A DNA stretch of 58,618 bases from Candidatus Finniella inopinata (GTDB lineage Bacteria; Pseudomonadota; Alphaproteobacteria; Paracaedibacterales; VGCI01): the NCBI GenBank assembly GCA_945877185.1, contig CAMCRD010000002.1, positions 1 to 58,618 on the forward strand, written 5' to 3'. Made by a program: the position numbers and the translations under genes. Shown one piece after another: positions 39,603-48,921 of this stretch (the stretch's first letter is position 1; each line of letters opens with the position of its first letter). The notes under the pieces were generated by a model. That model ran no database searches, was not told the origin of the DNA, and saw nothing but the letters and a program-made list of their open reading frames with translations.

Positions 39603-42448
39603 AAGGGCTTTATGCAATCCCTCTGGGCGTTCCGTTTTTGGAAACTCTGGTTGATGGGCTGATTACCGAAACGGCTTCTGATCCATTAAGTCTTGCGCGT
39701 TATATGGTCATCCTGCCGACGCGACGCGGGTGTTTGGCATTGCAACAAGCTTTTCAGAAAGCAACACCCTCGGGGTGTCGAATGTTGCCTCGAATGATCG
39801 CTTTGCAGGATATTGAAGAAGGAGCTGATTTACCCGGTTATTTGCCGCCAGAAACTCTTCCGCCTGCGATGCCAAATTGGCAGCGTTTGGGGTTGTTGAG
39901 CCAATTGGTGATGGCTTTTGAAAAACAAAAAGAGGGGGGGGTTCCTAATCCGGCTGGGGCGGTATGCTTGGCGCAAGAGCTCATGCGCCTGGTAGATGAG
40001 GTTGAGACGACAGGACTTGATTTAAGGGCTTTAAAAACGCTTGTAGGAGCTGATTACGCGGCCCATTGGCAGTTAACGCTTGATTTTCTCAAGATTTTGA
40101 CGGATCTTTGGCCACCTATTTTAGAGCAAGCGGGTTTTATTGAACCTGCGGCTCGTCGACGGATGATGCTGGAACATGTTGCCACCCATTGGCATCCGAC
40201 TGACCCCGTCATTTTGGCCGGAACAACGGCGACACGTCCCGCAACGGCTTGCCTTGCGAAAAGTATTTTAGGTTTGGAAAAGGGCAGTGTTGTTTTACCA
40301 GGGGTGGATATGACCCTTACGCTTCAAGAAAGGCAGGGTTTGCCGCCAACCCATCCGCAATACACTTTAAGCCAATTGATACAGCGCCTAGGGTCTCCAG
40401 AATTGTGGCCAGGTTGTCCGGCAATTCCAACTCGATCTGCCTTTTTGTCTCAAGGGATGAAGGCAACTTCTCAAGAAGCAACTGGAGTCCCGAACAATAG
40501 TTGGCAAATTTCGCCAGAAACGGCAAAGGACGTTTTGTCCTCTCTTCAAGCGATTGAGGCGCCATCTATCTTAGAAGAAGCCCGCCAGATTGCTCTTATG
40601 ATGCGTTATGAACTTGAGACGCCAGAAAAAGTCATTGCTTTGGTCACGCCAGATGCAGAGCTGGCACGGCGTGTCCGGGCCGCTTTGGGTCGGTGGGAAT
40701 TGCATGCAAATCTCTCGAGCGGTTTGCCTCTCACCCAATCGGTTGTTGGCCGATTTCTCCTGTTGAGCAGCCTGCTGGTTCAAGATATGAGAGCAACGGA
40801 GCTGTTAGCGCTTCTGAAGCATCCTCTTTATGGGAAAGGGCGGGATCGATTGGCACAGTTAAAGGAGACCCGCCGCTTTGAAATGGAAATTTTGCGAGGG
40901 GGGGCTCCCAGCCAGGTTCAAACCTTACCCTTTCCAGGACACGAGAGGTGTGGTCCTTTACGGGCGTTAAACGACGGTCAAGTTCATTCTTTTTCTGATT
41001 TCCTGAAAGCTCATGCTACGGTAGCAGAAGCTATGGTAGGGGGAAGTATAGATGAAGATCAATCTCTGTTGTGGGGAGAGGAAGATGGCCAAGTAGCAGC
41101 GACATTTTGGAAAACATTGCTTGATCATGGGGATCATTTTCCTCCCTTAACGGCCCGGGATTATCCTTCTTTTTTAGCGAATCTTATGGCGGAAGAAGTT
41201 GTGCGGGATGTTGAGGGGATTGGATCACGCCTCCTTATTCTCGGCGCCTTGGAAGCGCGTTTGCTTCAAGCAGATGTCGTTATTTTAGGTGGGTTGAATG
41301 AAGGTGCGTGGCCAGGTGTTGCAGAGGATGATCCCTGGCTGAGCCGCCCCATGCGAGAGAGCTTTGGACTGCCCCCGTTGGAACGTAAAATTGGCTTATC
41401 GGCCCATGATTTTTGTGCGGCTATGACTGCCCCTAAAGTGTATATGACCCGCTCACTCAAGAGAGATGGGGCAGCCACCCTGCCCAGCCGCTGGTGGCAA
41501 CGGTTGTCGGCTTTGCTATCTACGGGAGGAGGCGTACTGTCTGCGAGTCAGCTTCAACCCTGGGGGGCGTGGTCTCAAGCGTTGGATCAGCCATCCAAGC
41601 GCATTACCTTCATGCCTCCTGCTCCTTGCCCCCCTTTGACTGCGCGACCACGTCGCTTATCGGTTACGGCGGTGGAAACCCTTCTGCGGGATCCCTACAG
41701 CATTTATGCGAAGAGCATTTTGAATTTACGTCCTCTCGATCCTCTCGAAATGGATTTATCTATGGCGGAGCGTGGGCAAGCCATCCATCAGGCACTGGAT
41801 GGGTTTGTACGATCCGGTGTTGAGCCCGCATCTCCCGACGCAATGGTAACTTTCGAAGCTTTGGGTCTTGAGGCGTTTGGGGATTTGTTGGTGGATCCGA
41901 GAGCAATGGCATTCTGGTGGCCCCGGTTTCAGCGCATGGGGGGCTGGTTTTTAACACAAATGGCGAAAGACCAGCCGCAAATTCAAGAGATGAAAACAGA
42001 AGTGGAGGGAGCGATTGAAATTCCGACAGCCAATGGTCCAATTATTCTCACCGCCAAAGCCGACCGTATCGATGTGATGGTATCCGGCCAAGCCCAGATT
42101 ATTGACTATAAAACCGGCATGACGCCTACAAAAAAGGCTGTGACTCAAGGGTATGCTCCCCAGCTTTCTTTGGAAGGGGTTATTTTATCTGTTGGGGGAT
42201 TTTCTGATTTGCCCCCCTTGCCTGTGGAAAAACTATGCTATTGGAGTGTGACAGGCGGCACACCTGCTGGGGAAATGGTTTCTTTTGACAGTCCAGAAGG
42301 CTTGTTAACGGCTGCAGAGCAGGGCGTTCGACGATTGTTCGAAGCTTTTTTGGGTCGGGAAACCCCCTTTTATGCCTGTCCTGATCCCCTTATCGTGCCT
42401 GCCTATCATGATTATGCCCACCTTGAGCGCCTTAAAGAGTGGGGGTGA
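39599..42448 (+). CDS. addB: Double-strand break repair protein AddB (alphaproteobacterial type)
   Basis: 949 aa. It has the C-terminal PD-(D/E)xK nuclease block (ADRIDV...IIDYKTG) and lacks helicase ATPase motifs, as is typical of alpha-type AddB. The start overlaps the preceding gene by 4 nt. Confidence 0.88.
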   Translation: MKGLYAIPLGVPFLETLVDGLITETASDPLSLARYMVILPTRRGCLALQQAFQKATPSGCRMLPRMIALQDIEEGADLPGYLPPETLPPAMPNWQRLGLLSQLVMAFEKQKEGGVPNPAGAVCLAQELMRLVDEVETTGLDLRALKTLVGADYAAHWQLTLDFLKILTDLWPPILEQAGFIEPAARRRMMLEHVATHWHPTDPVILAGTTATRPATACLAKSILGLEKGSVVLPGVDMTLTLQERQGLPPTHPQYTLSQLIQRLGSPELWPGCPAIPTRSAFLSQGMKATSQEATGVPNNSWQISPETAKDVLSSLQAIEAPSILEEARQIALMMRYELETPEKVIALVTPDAELARRVRAALGRWELHANLSSGLPLTQSVVGRFLLLSSLLVQDMRATELLALLKHPLYGKGRDRLAQLKETRRFEMEILRGGAPSQVQTLPFPGHERCGPLRALNDGQVHSFSDFLKAHATVAEAMVGGSIDEDQSLLWGEEDGQVAATFWKTLLDHGDHFPPLTARDYPSFLANLMAEEVVRDVEGIGSRLLILGALEARLLQADVVILGGLNEGAWPGVAEDDPWLSRPMRESFGLPPLERKIGLSAHDFCAAMTAPKVYMTRSLKRDGAATLPSRWWQRLSALLSTGGGVLSASQLQPWGAWSQALDQPSKRITFMPPAPCPPLTARPRRLSVTAVETLLRDPYSIYAKSILNLRPLDPLEMDLSMAERGQAIHQALDGFVRSGVEPASPDAMVTFEALGLEAFGDLLVDPRAMAFWWPRFQRMGGWFLTQMAKDQPQIQEMKTEVEGAIEIPTANGPIILTAKADRIDVMVSGQAQIIDYKTGMTPTKKAVTQGYAPQLSLEGVILSVGGFSDLPPLPVEKLCYWSVTGGTPAGEMVSFDSPEGLLTAAEQGVRRLFEAFLGRETPFYACPDPLIVPAYHDYAHLERLKEWG

Positions 42449-42553
42449 AAAGGCGCCTGAAAAAACAGACGTCACAAAGAGGTTTTTGAAATTATCTTGT
42501 TAACCTGAGTTATGGATTAACCCCACACAAATATCAATAAAGATCAACAGGTT

Positions 42554-42678
42554 ACGTCATTGCGAGGAGCGAAGCGACGTGGCAATCCATGTATTTTTAA
42601 ATATTTCAATACGATATAGTGCTGAAAGATGCTTTGGATACATGGATTGCCACGTCGCTTCGCTCCTAACAATGACGT
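42554..42678. repeat. Palindromic MITE-like element, copy 2 (downstream of addB)
   Basis: Arms acgtcattgcgaggagcgaagcgacgtggcaatccatgtat / atacatggattgccacgtcgcttcgctcctaacaatgacgt, with 2 mismatches. It is nested inside a second inverted-repeat pair (42502-42515 / 42740-42753). Confidence 0.85.
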
Positions 42679-42845
42679 GATAAGTGATTGATTTTAAATT
42701 ATTAAATTATTAAATATTAGTATTGGGTTAAAATTTACCCCATAACTCAGGTTGTTCCATTTTCTTATCGGCATTGAATTATAGTAAAATAAAACTAAAT
42801 ATTAATATGTAAGTGTTAATAAAAATTTTATTGAGGAGCCTTGCC

Positions 42846-43100
42846 ATGATTACGAAGAAATTTTATCTCTCATTGGTTGTTTTCATTTCACTCGCAATTT
42901 TTGGCAGTGGTATGGTTGAAGCGATGCAAATGTATGGGCAACCCCCTATGCAACCCTACGGTTCTCAAAGTTCCAAGGCCATGGAGCGTCAACAAAAAAT
43001 TGCGAAACTTCAGGCTAAAAAAATGAAAAAACCCCATAAAGCAGCAAAGTATGATAAAAAAATAATGGAACATCAACAGAAAATGGCAATGGGACGATAA
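42846..43100 (+). CDS. Small hypothetical exported protein, Q/K/M-rich (84 aa)
   Basis: The internal ATG at 42846 gives the leader MITKKFYLSLVVFISLAIFGSGMVEA|MQ. The mature part is low-complexity (QPPMQPYGSQ..KKMKKPHKAAKYDKK). The region is AT-rich. Confidence 0.4.
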   Translation: MITKKFYLSLVVFISLAIFGSGMVEAMQMYGQPPMQPYGSQSSKAMERQQKIAKLQAKKMKKPHKAAKYDKKIMEHQQKMAMGR

Positions 43101-43128
43101 AGCATCCGTTGGGGTTTGAATTTTATTA

Positions 43129-43180
43129 GGCCTCCTGTACACAGCAGTTGAAATAAGCGTTCAGGAGGCCAGGTTTTCTT
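43129..43180. terminator. Hairpin between convergent small ORF and dgkA (ggcctcctg ... caggaggcc, followed by aggttttctt)
   Basis: 9-bp perfect stem read from the sequence. The loop is long (24 nt), and a T-rich tail follows on the + strand. Confidence 0.35.
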
Positions 43181-43183
43181 GAC

Positions 43184-43561
43184 TTACTTGAGAGAGGAAA
43201 AACCTGCGCCCTCTAAAAAATACAATCCCCAGGTGATGGCGCCCCAGAGCAGCATGAGAAATACAGCAGCTGAAGCACAATCTTTGATTATTTTGAAAGT
43301 GTTCTTGATTTGCCCTTCTCCAAATTCATCAACAATTTTTTCAATAGCCGTATTGCAGAGCTCCAAAGCCATCGCCATGATGATGGGGGTCATTAAATAA
43401 ACAACATCAAACAATTTCCGGCATAAAAAAACAGCCATAATGCCGGCAATACCTGTTAACAGGATTTCGCACCGGAAGGAAAATTCATGGTTCGCGGCAA
43501 ACCTCAATCCGTTTAAGGAATGGGCTGCCGACTTGAAAAGATGACGGATTGGCTTAGTCAT
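43184..43561 (-). CDS. dgkA: Diacylglycerol kinase (DgkA family)
   Basis: 125 aa with 3 TM segments. The motifs LNGLRFA..E.SFR and ELCNTAIEKIVD align to E. coli DgkA (WKGLRAA..EAAFR, EILNSAIEAVVD). The start overlaps the eptA stop (ATGA). Confidence 0.85.
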   Translation of the reverse strand: MTKPIRHLFKSAAHSLNGLRFAANHEFSFRCEILLTGIAGIMAVFLCRKLFDVVYLMTPIIMAMALELCNTAIEKIVDEFGEGQIKNTFKIIKDCASAAVFLMLLWGAITWGLYFLEGAGFSSLK

Positions 43562-45279
43562 GAAGGGGCATTCTCTTTTTCTTCAACGGTTTCTTTCACA
43601 ATCTTTGCTGTTCTATCGTTTGTCTTCTCATAAGCAATAAATCTGTTATTTTTCATGAGGCTCTCACAAATATAAAAAATATCTTTGTCTTGGTTGGGGT
43701 TATCAATTTTTTCACCCATCAGATTTAAAAGGATTTCCCCTATTTCATAGGCGGATAAAGGAGACTTTTGTTCAATTCTGTTATAAAGATCCCGATGCTT
43801 AGCATTGAGCGCATACATGAAAAAAGGAACTTGGGCACACGCTAAGCTCAAATGCCCATGACCATATACTTCAGCGCCTGTTTCTGAATCTAGATGGCCA
43901 AAAAGTTCGCTATGGTCTGCTGTGAACAAAAAATAACTTTCGCCTTTATCGCGGAAAGTTTCCAAGAAGGATTGAAGGATATTTTCAAAAAGAACGTCGA
44001 AGTAGAGCATGCAATTATCATAAGTGTTTGATAATTTCTCGTGATGGGAAGCGGTATTCTCAGGGTAAATGCAAAAGCGTTCCTTTTCATCTGCATAATG
44101 TTTTTCATAAGGGCTGTGGGACGCTCTCATGTGTAAAACGATGAAATTTTTGTCTGCCAATGGTAAGTTCCTTAGCATCTCTGGTAAGGCCTTATCTTTT
44201 AAGGTCATGAGCTTCTCGGGGTAAGATGCTTGGGGATAAGCATCCAGAAGGACCTGGGAGGAGCGAACATCATCAATGTGCGTGCCAATTCCTTGGCTTC
44301 CATTATTGGTCGTAATGAGAAATGTCTTGAAACCATTGAGCTTTGCCCGTCGGAATAAGTTTTGCTCCCCCTTTTCGAGTGGACCTAGGTTATTCGGTTC
44401 TCGAATCAGATTAAAAAAACGCATGACCGATGGATCCGTATTAGGAGCGGCAGAATAAGAGAGCTTAAAAAGGAAGCGAGGGTCATGAATACGTGCATCC
44501 AAATGAGGGGTTGTCTTGCGATGATAACCAAATAAGGACATGCGTTGGGCCGACGTGCTTTCTCCCATAATTAAAACGATATTTTTGGCCTTTGAGGGAA
44601 TTTGGCTGATTCGGTAGGGCTTGTAAGGCGTTTGTTTTTCATTATTCAGGTTCTGGATGCCAACGCAGGAAACGCTGAAAAGTGTTGAACGCAAAGATGG
44701 GGAAGTTGTTTTCATGAGGCAACGGCCTAACAGATGCCTGGGTTCTTTCCAATATATTTTTATGGCATCATAGGGTTTGAAGGTCATGCCATCGGAAATG
44801 ATGAGGGACAAAGCATAAACGATAATAAGAAAAGACAAGATTTTTGAATTCTTTTTTACCTCAGACAGTTTCGAGAATAAAACAAACCCAGATCCATAGA
44901 CCAAGAGGAGGATAGGAATAACGAACCAGACTTGCTTAAAATAAGCTGGATCAAAAATATCTTGATATTCGTAAAATATAGCCCTGATAGCTCCGGGAAA
45001 CAGGGGAACCCCAAAATAAACAATATGCATAAACTGGGCCATTTCAAGAATGCCCAAACAGCCCCAAATCAGTGCAAAAGAAGATCTATTTAAAAAAGTT
45101 AGGCCATAGCATAAAGGAGCTATGTACAGCAAGGAAATCCAATTCCAAAAAGCGCGGTTTGATTCCATAATGAAATTGATGATGAAATCAGGTAGCAAGA
45201 CACAAGCTAACAACTCTGCGCCTAGAATCAAATTCTTGCAGCCATAAAGTCTAAAAAGAAAAAGGTTCATTAAGATCAC
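43558..45279 (-). CDS. Phosphoethanolamine transferase (EptA/sulfatase family)
   Basis: Five N-terminal TM helices, followed by a sulfatase-type domain with MGESTSAQRMSLFGYHRKTTPHLD and HMRASHSPY / DHSE motifs. Confidence 0.85.
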   Translation of the reverse strand: MILMNLFLFRLYGCKNLILGAELLACVLLPDFIINFIMESNRAFWNWISLLYIAPLCYGLTFLNRSSFALIWGCLGILEMAQFMHIVYFGVPLFPGAIRAIFYEYQDIFDPAYFKQVWFVIPILLLVYGSGFVLFSKLSEVKKNSKILSFLIIVYALSLIISDGMTFKPYDAIKIYWKEPRHLLGRCLMKTTSPSLRSTLFSVSCVGIQNLNNEKQTPYKPYRISQIPSKAKNIVLIMGESTSAQRMSLFGYHRKTTPHLDARIHDPRFLFKLSYSAAPNTDPSVMRFFNLIREPNNLGPLEKGEQNLFRRAKLNGFKTFLITTNNGSQGIGTHIDDVRSSQVLLDAYPQASYPEKLMTLKDKALPEMLRNLPLADKNFIVLHMRASHSPYEKHYADEKERFCIYPENTASHHEKLSNTYDNCMLYFDVLFENILQSFLETFRDKGESYFLFTADHSELFGHLDSETGAEVYGHGHLSLACAQVPFFMYALNAKHRDLYNRIEQKSPLSAYEIGEILLNLMGEKIDNPNQDKDIFYICESLMKNNRFIAYEKTNDRTAKIVKETVEEKENAPS

Positions 45280-45573
45280 GATCTTTCGATAGATTGATTC
45301 TGGTAAACCATGGATTCCCTAAAGCATTTTATTATAGATGTTATTCGCTTTAAGAAATCCCAGCACTTCTTGATTTAAGACTTGTGCATGATTTTTTCAT
45401 ATTTTTCAAGGGAATTTTGAAATTCCGTCTTTCGGGAAATTAGAAAGGTATTGATTACACGCGATTGTTTTGCTTTAACACAGGCACTTCTACTGAATAA
45501 AGCCATGGTTTAAGCCTCTTTCATCTTATTTTTGTAGTGTGCACTTGGTATTAGGCGCCTTTATTTTGATGTA

Positions 45574-45597
45574 TGATAGTATCATATGATACTATCA
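45574..45597. promoter_or_regulatory. Perfect 24-bp palindrome tgatagtatcatatgatactatca (candidate operator)
   Basis: The self-complementarity was verified base by base. It lies in the 476-bp eptA/addA divergent intergenic region. The binding protein is unknown. Confidence 0.45.
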
Positions 45598-45755
45598 GCT
45601 CCTTTTACCTGAGCTAATTGGCCGTTCTAGTGCCTAGGGCGGGCTTATTAAGCCGCTACCCCAAATCAAATAAAACGTATTCTGGTATGGCCTTATATGC
45701 GCTAATCTGAGCGCACCAACTTGGAAAAATTTATCGACATTAAGGAGCCTCCTAC

Positions 45756-48700
45756 TTGAATACAGCGCAATTCTTAGCAGCCGATCCAAAAGTAAGTGCC
45801 TGGGTGGCGGCGTCTGCGGGGACGGGCAAGACGAAGGTTCTCACTGATCGCATTTTGAATTTGCTTCTCCAGGGTTTTGCGCCGGAGCGCATCTTGTGCT
45901 TAACGTTTACGAAAGCAGCCGCTGCTGAAATGGCGAATCGCTTAACGCAGCGTTTGGCGCGATGGGCAACGCAATCTTCCCTTGATTTAAACCAAGATCT
46001 TGAAAAGCTTCTGGGAGTAGGACCCGTACCTTTGACCATAGTCGCACGGGCGCGGCAATTATTTACTCTGGTGTTGGATGCTCCGGGCGGGATGAAAATC
46101 CAAACGATTCATGGATTTTGCCAGTCTGTTTTAAGCAGGTTTCCTTTGGAGGCAGGTATTTCACCTCATTTTCGGATTTTAGATGATGTTCAGGCCGAAG
46201 AAATGCTGTTGGAGGCCCAGTATGCAGCCTTTACAAGGTCAACACCCCTCGTCGAAGCCGCATTAACCGTCTTAAATCCCTATATGGGAGATAATCGGTT
46301 CAGGTCAATATTGAATGATTTTTTTCAACATCGGGTGCGCATCGTGACCCTTTTGGCTCGTCATGAAACGTTCTGGGGCTATGCAGGGGACCTTCTTGAT
46401 TTCCTAGAGGTCGATGCCTTTGTGGAGTCTCCCCAAGAGATTTTGGACGCTCATTTAGTGGGCCGTTTGAAAAGGCAATTCGCGCCGACAGAGGATGATT
46501 TTGAGATTTATGTGAATACTTATTTGACGAAAAGTTTAGAAATTCGCAAGAAAATTTCGGCGGAGCATATACCACAAGCAGAACGCATCTTTCGATTTGT
46601 CCGGTCGTTAGCGGCTTTGGAGGTTGTACAGCGCACAGTAGCCTTTTTGATTTTATTTCAAGAGATTTTGAGGGGCTATCAGGATCGAAAAATCCGTCGG
46701 TGTGTTTTGGACTATGACGACTTGATTATTCAGACTCAAAAGTTGTTGAGCCAACCTGGTGTTGCCTCTTGGGTTATGTACAAGTTGGATGGGGGGATTG
46801 ATCATTTACTGATTGATGAAGCGCAAGATACGAATACGGCCCAGTGGGAGATTATTCAAAGTCTCACAACAGAGTTTTTTACATCCGATAAGTCTTTTCG
46901 AACCATCTTTTTCGTGGGGGACGCCAAACAGTCAATCTATAGCTTTCAAGGGGCGAATCCCGAAGAGTTTTTAAAGCTGAAAAATCATTTCGCGCATCAA
47001 TCGAAAAAGGTTGGCCAAGATTGGCGTGAAGTTCAATTGGATTTATCTTATCGTTCCACCACTGCCATCTTAGAAATTGTGGATGAGGTATTTGCCCATG
47101 CACAAAATCAAAGAGGCGTTTTGTTTGAAGACGCTAAAATTGTTCACCAAGCTTTTCGAGAAAGCCATCCCGGAATTGTCGAACTGTGGCCTCTTGTAGA
47201 GCCAGAGGAAGAGGAGAAAGAAGTTGTTGATGGAGAATGGCGTTTGCCTTTGGAACGGGTGGAACGCCTCAGTCCTCAATCACGATTGGCCGACTATTTG
47301 GCAGAAGAAGTTGAAAAATGGATTATGTCAAAGCGTATTTTGCCTTCAACGGGCCTGCCCATTCAGCCTCGAGATATCCTTATTTTGGTGCGCAAGCGCA
47401 GTGTCTTGGGGCAAGAGGTTGTGCGGGCCTTGAAGAAGCGAAACATTCCTGTAGCAGGAGCAGATCGTCTGGTTTTAACGGACCACATTGCGGTAATGGA
47501 TCTTTTAGCGCTCGGTCAATTTGTTCTGCTTCCTGAAGATGATCTCACTTTAGCGTGTGTTTTGCGCAGTCCCTTGATTGGGATGAGTGAAGAAGATTTG
47601 TTTACCCTTGCCCATGAACGGGCCGGGACATTATGGGCGTCTCTTTCTTTAAAAGCAAAGGGCAATCCTGTTTTTGAAGAAGCACTGACATGGTTAAAGT
47701 CTTGCTTGCGTCAAGCTGATCTTACCCCTGTCTACGAATTTTATAGTTGGGTCTTAACGCAAGGGGATGGGTGGCGGCGGTTCTTAGGGCGCCTTGGTCA
47801 GGAGGCCGAAGACGTTCTGGAAGAGTTTTTGACGCAAAGCTTGAATTATGACCAAGACCATGCCAGTTCGTTGCAGGGATTTATGCACTTCATGAGCCAT
47901 CAGAATCAGGAGATTAAGCGGGATGCTTCTGACACGGTTCATAACCAAGTTCGACTCATGACCGTGCATGGATCAAAAGGGCTTCAAGCGCCGGTTGTTA
48001 TTTTGCCCGATGCAGCTGAGTCAGGAAAAGGAAAGTGGGATCCGTTATTGTGGGGGGATAACCTTCTTATGTTGCGTCCAACCCAGTCTCAAGATACGGA
48101 AAGGACACACTACTTTAAGATGAAGGGATCAGAATCTGAGGCTGAAGAGAAGCGTCGCTTGCTTTATGTGGCGCTGACCCGAGCGCAAGATTGCCTTTAT
48201 GTAGGGGGTTGGACATCAGGTAAAGATTTATCTGATGATTGTTGGTATCGTATCATGCAAGATGCTGTAGAAATGAAATCTGGTACGTATCGTTTTTCTC
48301 AAGGGGAACATGAGCAAGCCCTGGTTCCCCTGGTAGCAGAACCGCTTCAAGAGCCTCTTCCTTTGCCGATATGGGTTCATTCCCAACCGATTGGGGTTGC
48401 TAAAATAAAGGATAATTTGACTGAAAAAAAGGTCCTATCCACGGATGCAATGGAACGGGGTATCCTCGTTCATCGGTTTTTTGAATATTTACCACAATTG
48501 CTTGAAGGGCATCGCTACAGGGCCGCGTGTCAGATGGTTGAGAAAGAGGGATTGACCTTATCAGAATGGGAGAAAGATATCCAAGCCACCTTACAAATTC
48601 TGAGCGATCCTGTCTTTAAAGACATATTTGGGCCAAACTCGCTGCCGGAGGTGCCCGTAAGTGGATCGATTGACGGCACGCCCTTTCAAGGGCGCATCGA

Positions 48701-48905
48701 TCGGTTGCTTGTTACGTCAGGTACCGTCACAATCGTTGATTACAAGACAGATCGCAATCCCCCATCACGCCTTGAGGAGGTTCCCCATGGTTATGTGAAG
48801 CAGCTTGAAAGCTATGCGACGGCTTTGCGGTCTATTTATCCGAATCATGAGGTCCGTAAAATCCTTTTATGGACAACAGGTCCTCTAGTTCAGGAGATTG
48901 GGTAG
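45756..48905 (+). CDS. addA: Double-strand break repair helicase/nuclease AddA (UvrD-like)
   Basis: TTG start. Walker A AASAGTGKTKVL, helicase motifs (LLIDEAQDTN, VGDAKQSIYSFQGA, TVHGSKGLQAP, LLYVALTRAQD), and a C-terminal nuclease block RIDRL...IVDYKTD. Confidence 0.9.
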   Translation: MNTAQFLAADPKVSAWVAASAGTGKTKVLTDRILNLLLQGFAPERILCLTFTKAAAAEMANRLTQRLARWATQSSLDLNQDLEKLLGVGPVPLTIVARARQLFTLVLDAPGGMKIQTIHGFCQSVLSRFPLEAGISPHFRILDDVQAEEMLLEAQYAAFTRSTPLVEAALTVLNPYMGDNRFRSILNDFFQHRVRIVTLLARHETFWGYAGDLLDFLEVDAFVESPQEILDAHLVGRLKRQFAPTEDDFEIYVNTYLTKSLEIRKKISAEHIPQAERIFRFVRSLAALEVVQRTVAFLILFQEILRGYQDRKIRRCVLDYDDLIIQTQKLLSQPGVASWVMYKLDGGIDHLLIDEAQDTNTAQWEIIQSLTTEFFTSDKSFRTIFFVGDAKQSIYSFQGANPEEFLKLKNHFAHQSKKVGQDWREVQLDLSYRSTTAILEIVDEVFAHAQNQRGVLFEDAKIVHQAFRESHPGIVELWPLVEPEEEEKEVVDGEWRLPLERVERLSPQSRLADYLAEEVEKWIMSKRILPSTGLPIQPRDILILVRKRSVLGQEVVRALKKRNIPVAGADRLVLTDHIAVMDLLALGQFVLLPEDDLTLACVLRSPLIGMSEEDLFTLAHERAGTLWASLSLKAKGNPVFEEALTWLKSCLRQADLTPVYEFYSWVLTQGDGWRRFLGRLGQEAEDVLEEFLTQSLNYDQDHASSLQGFMHFMSHQNQEIKRDASDTVHNQVRLMTVHGSKGLQAPVVILPDAAESGKGKWDPLLWGDNLLMLRPTQSQDTERTHYFKMKGSESEAEEKRRLLYVALTRAQDCLYVGGWTSGKDLSDDCWYRIMQDAVEMKSGTYRFSQGEHEQALVPLVAEPLQEPLPLPIWVHSQPIGVAKIKDNLTEKKVLSTDAMERGILVHRFFEYLPQLLEGHRYRAACQMVEKEGLTLSEWEKDIQATLQILSDPVFKDIFGPNSLPEVPVSGSIDGTPFQGRIDRLLVTSGTVTIVDYKTDRNPPSRLEEVPHGYVKQLESYATALRSIYPNHEVRKILLWTTGPLVQEIG

Positions 48906-48921
48906 GAGGGGCTGTTCCACC

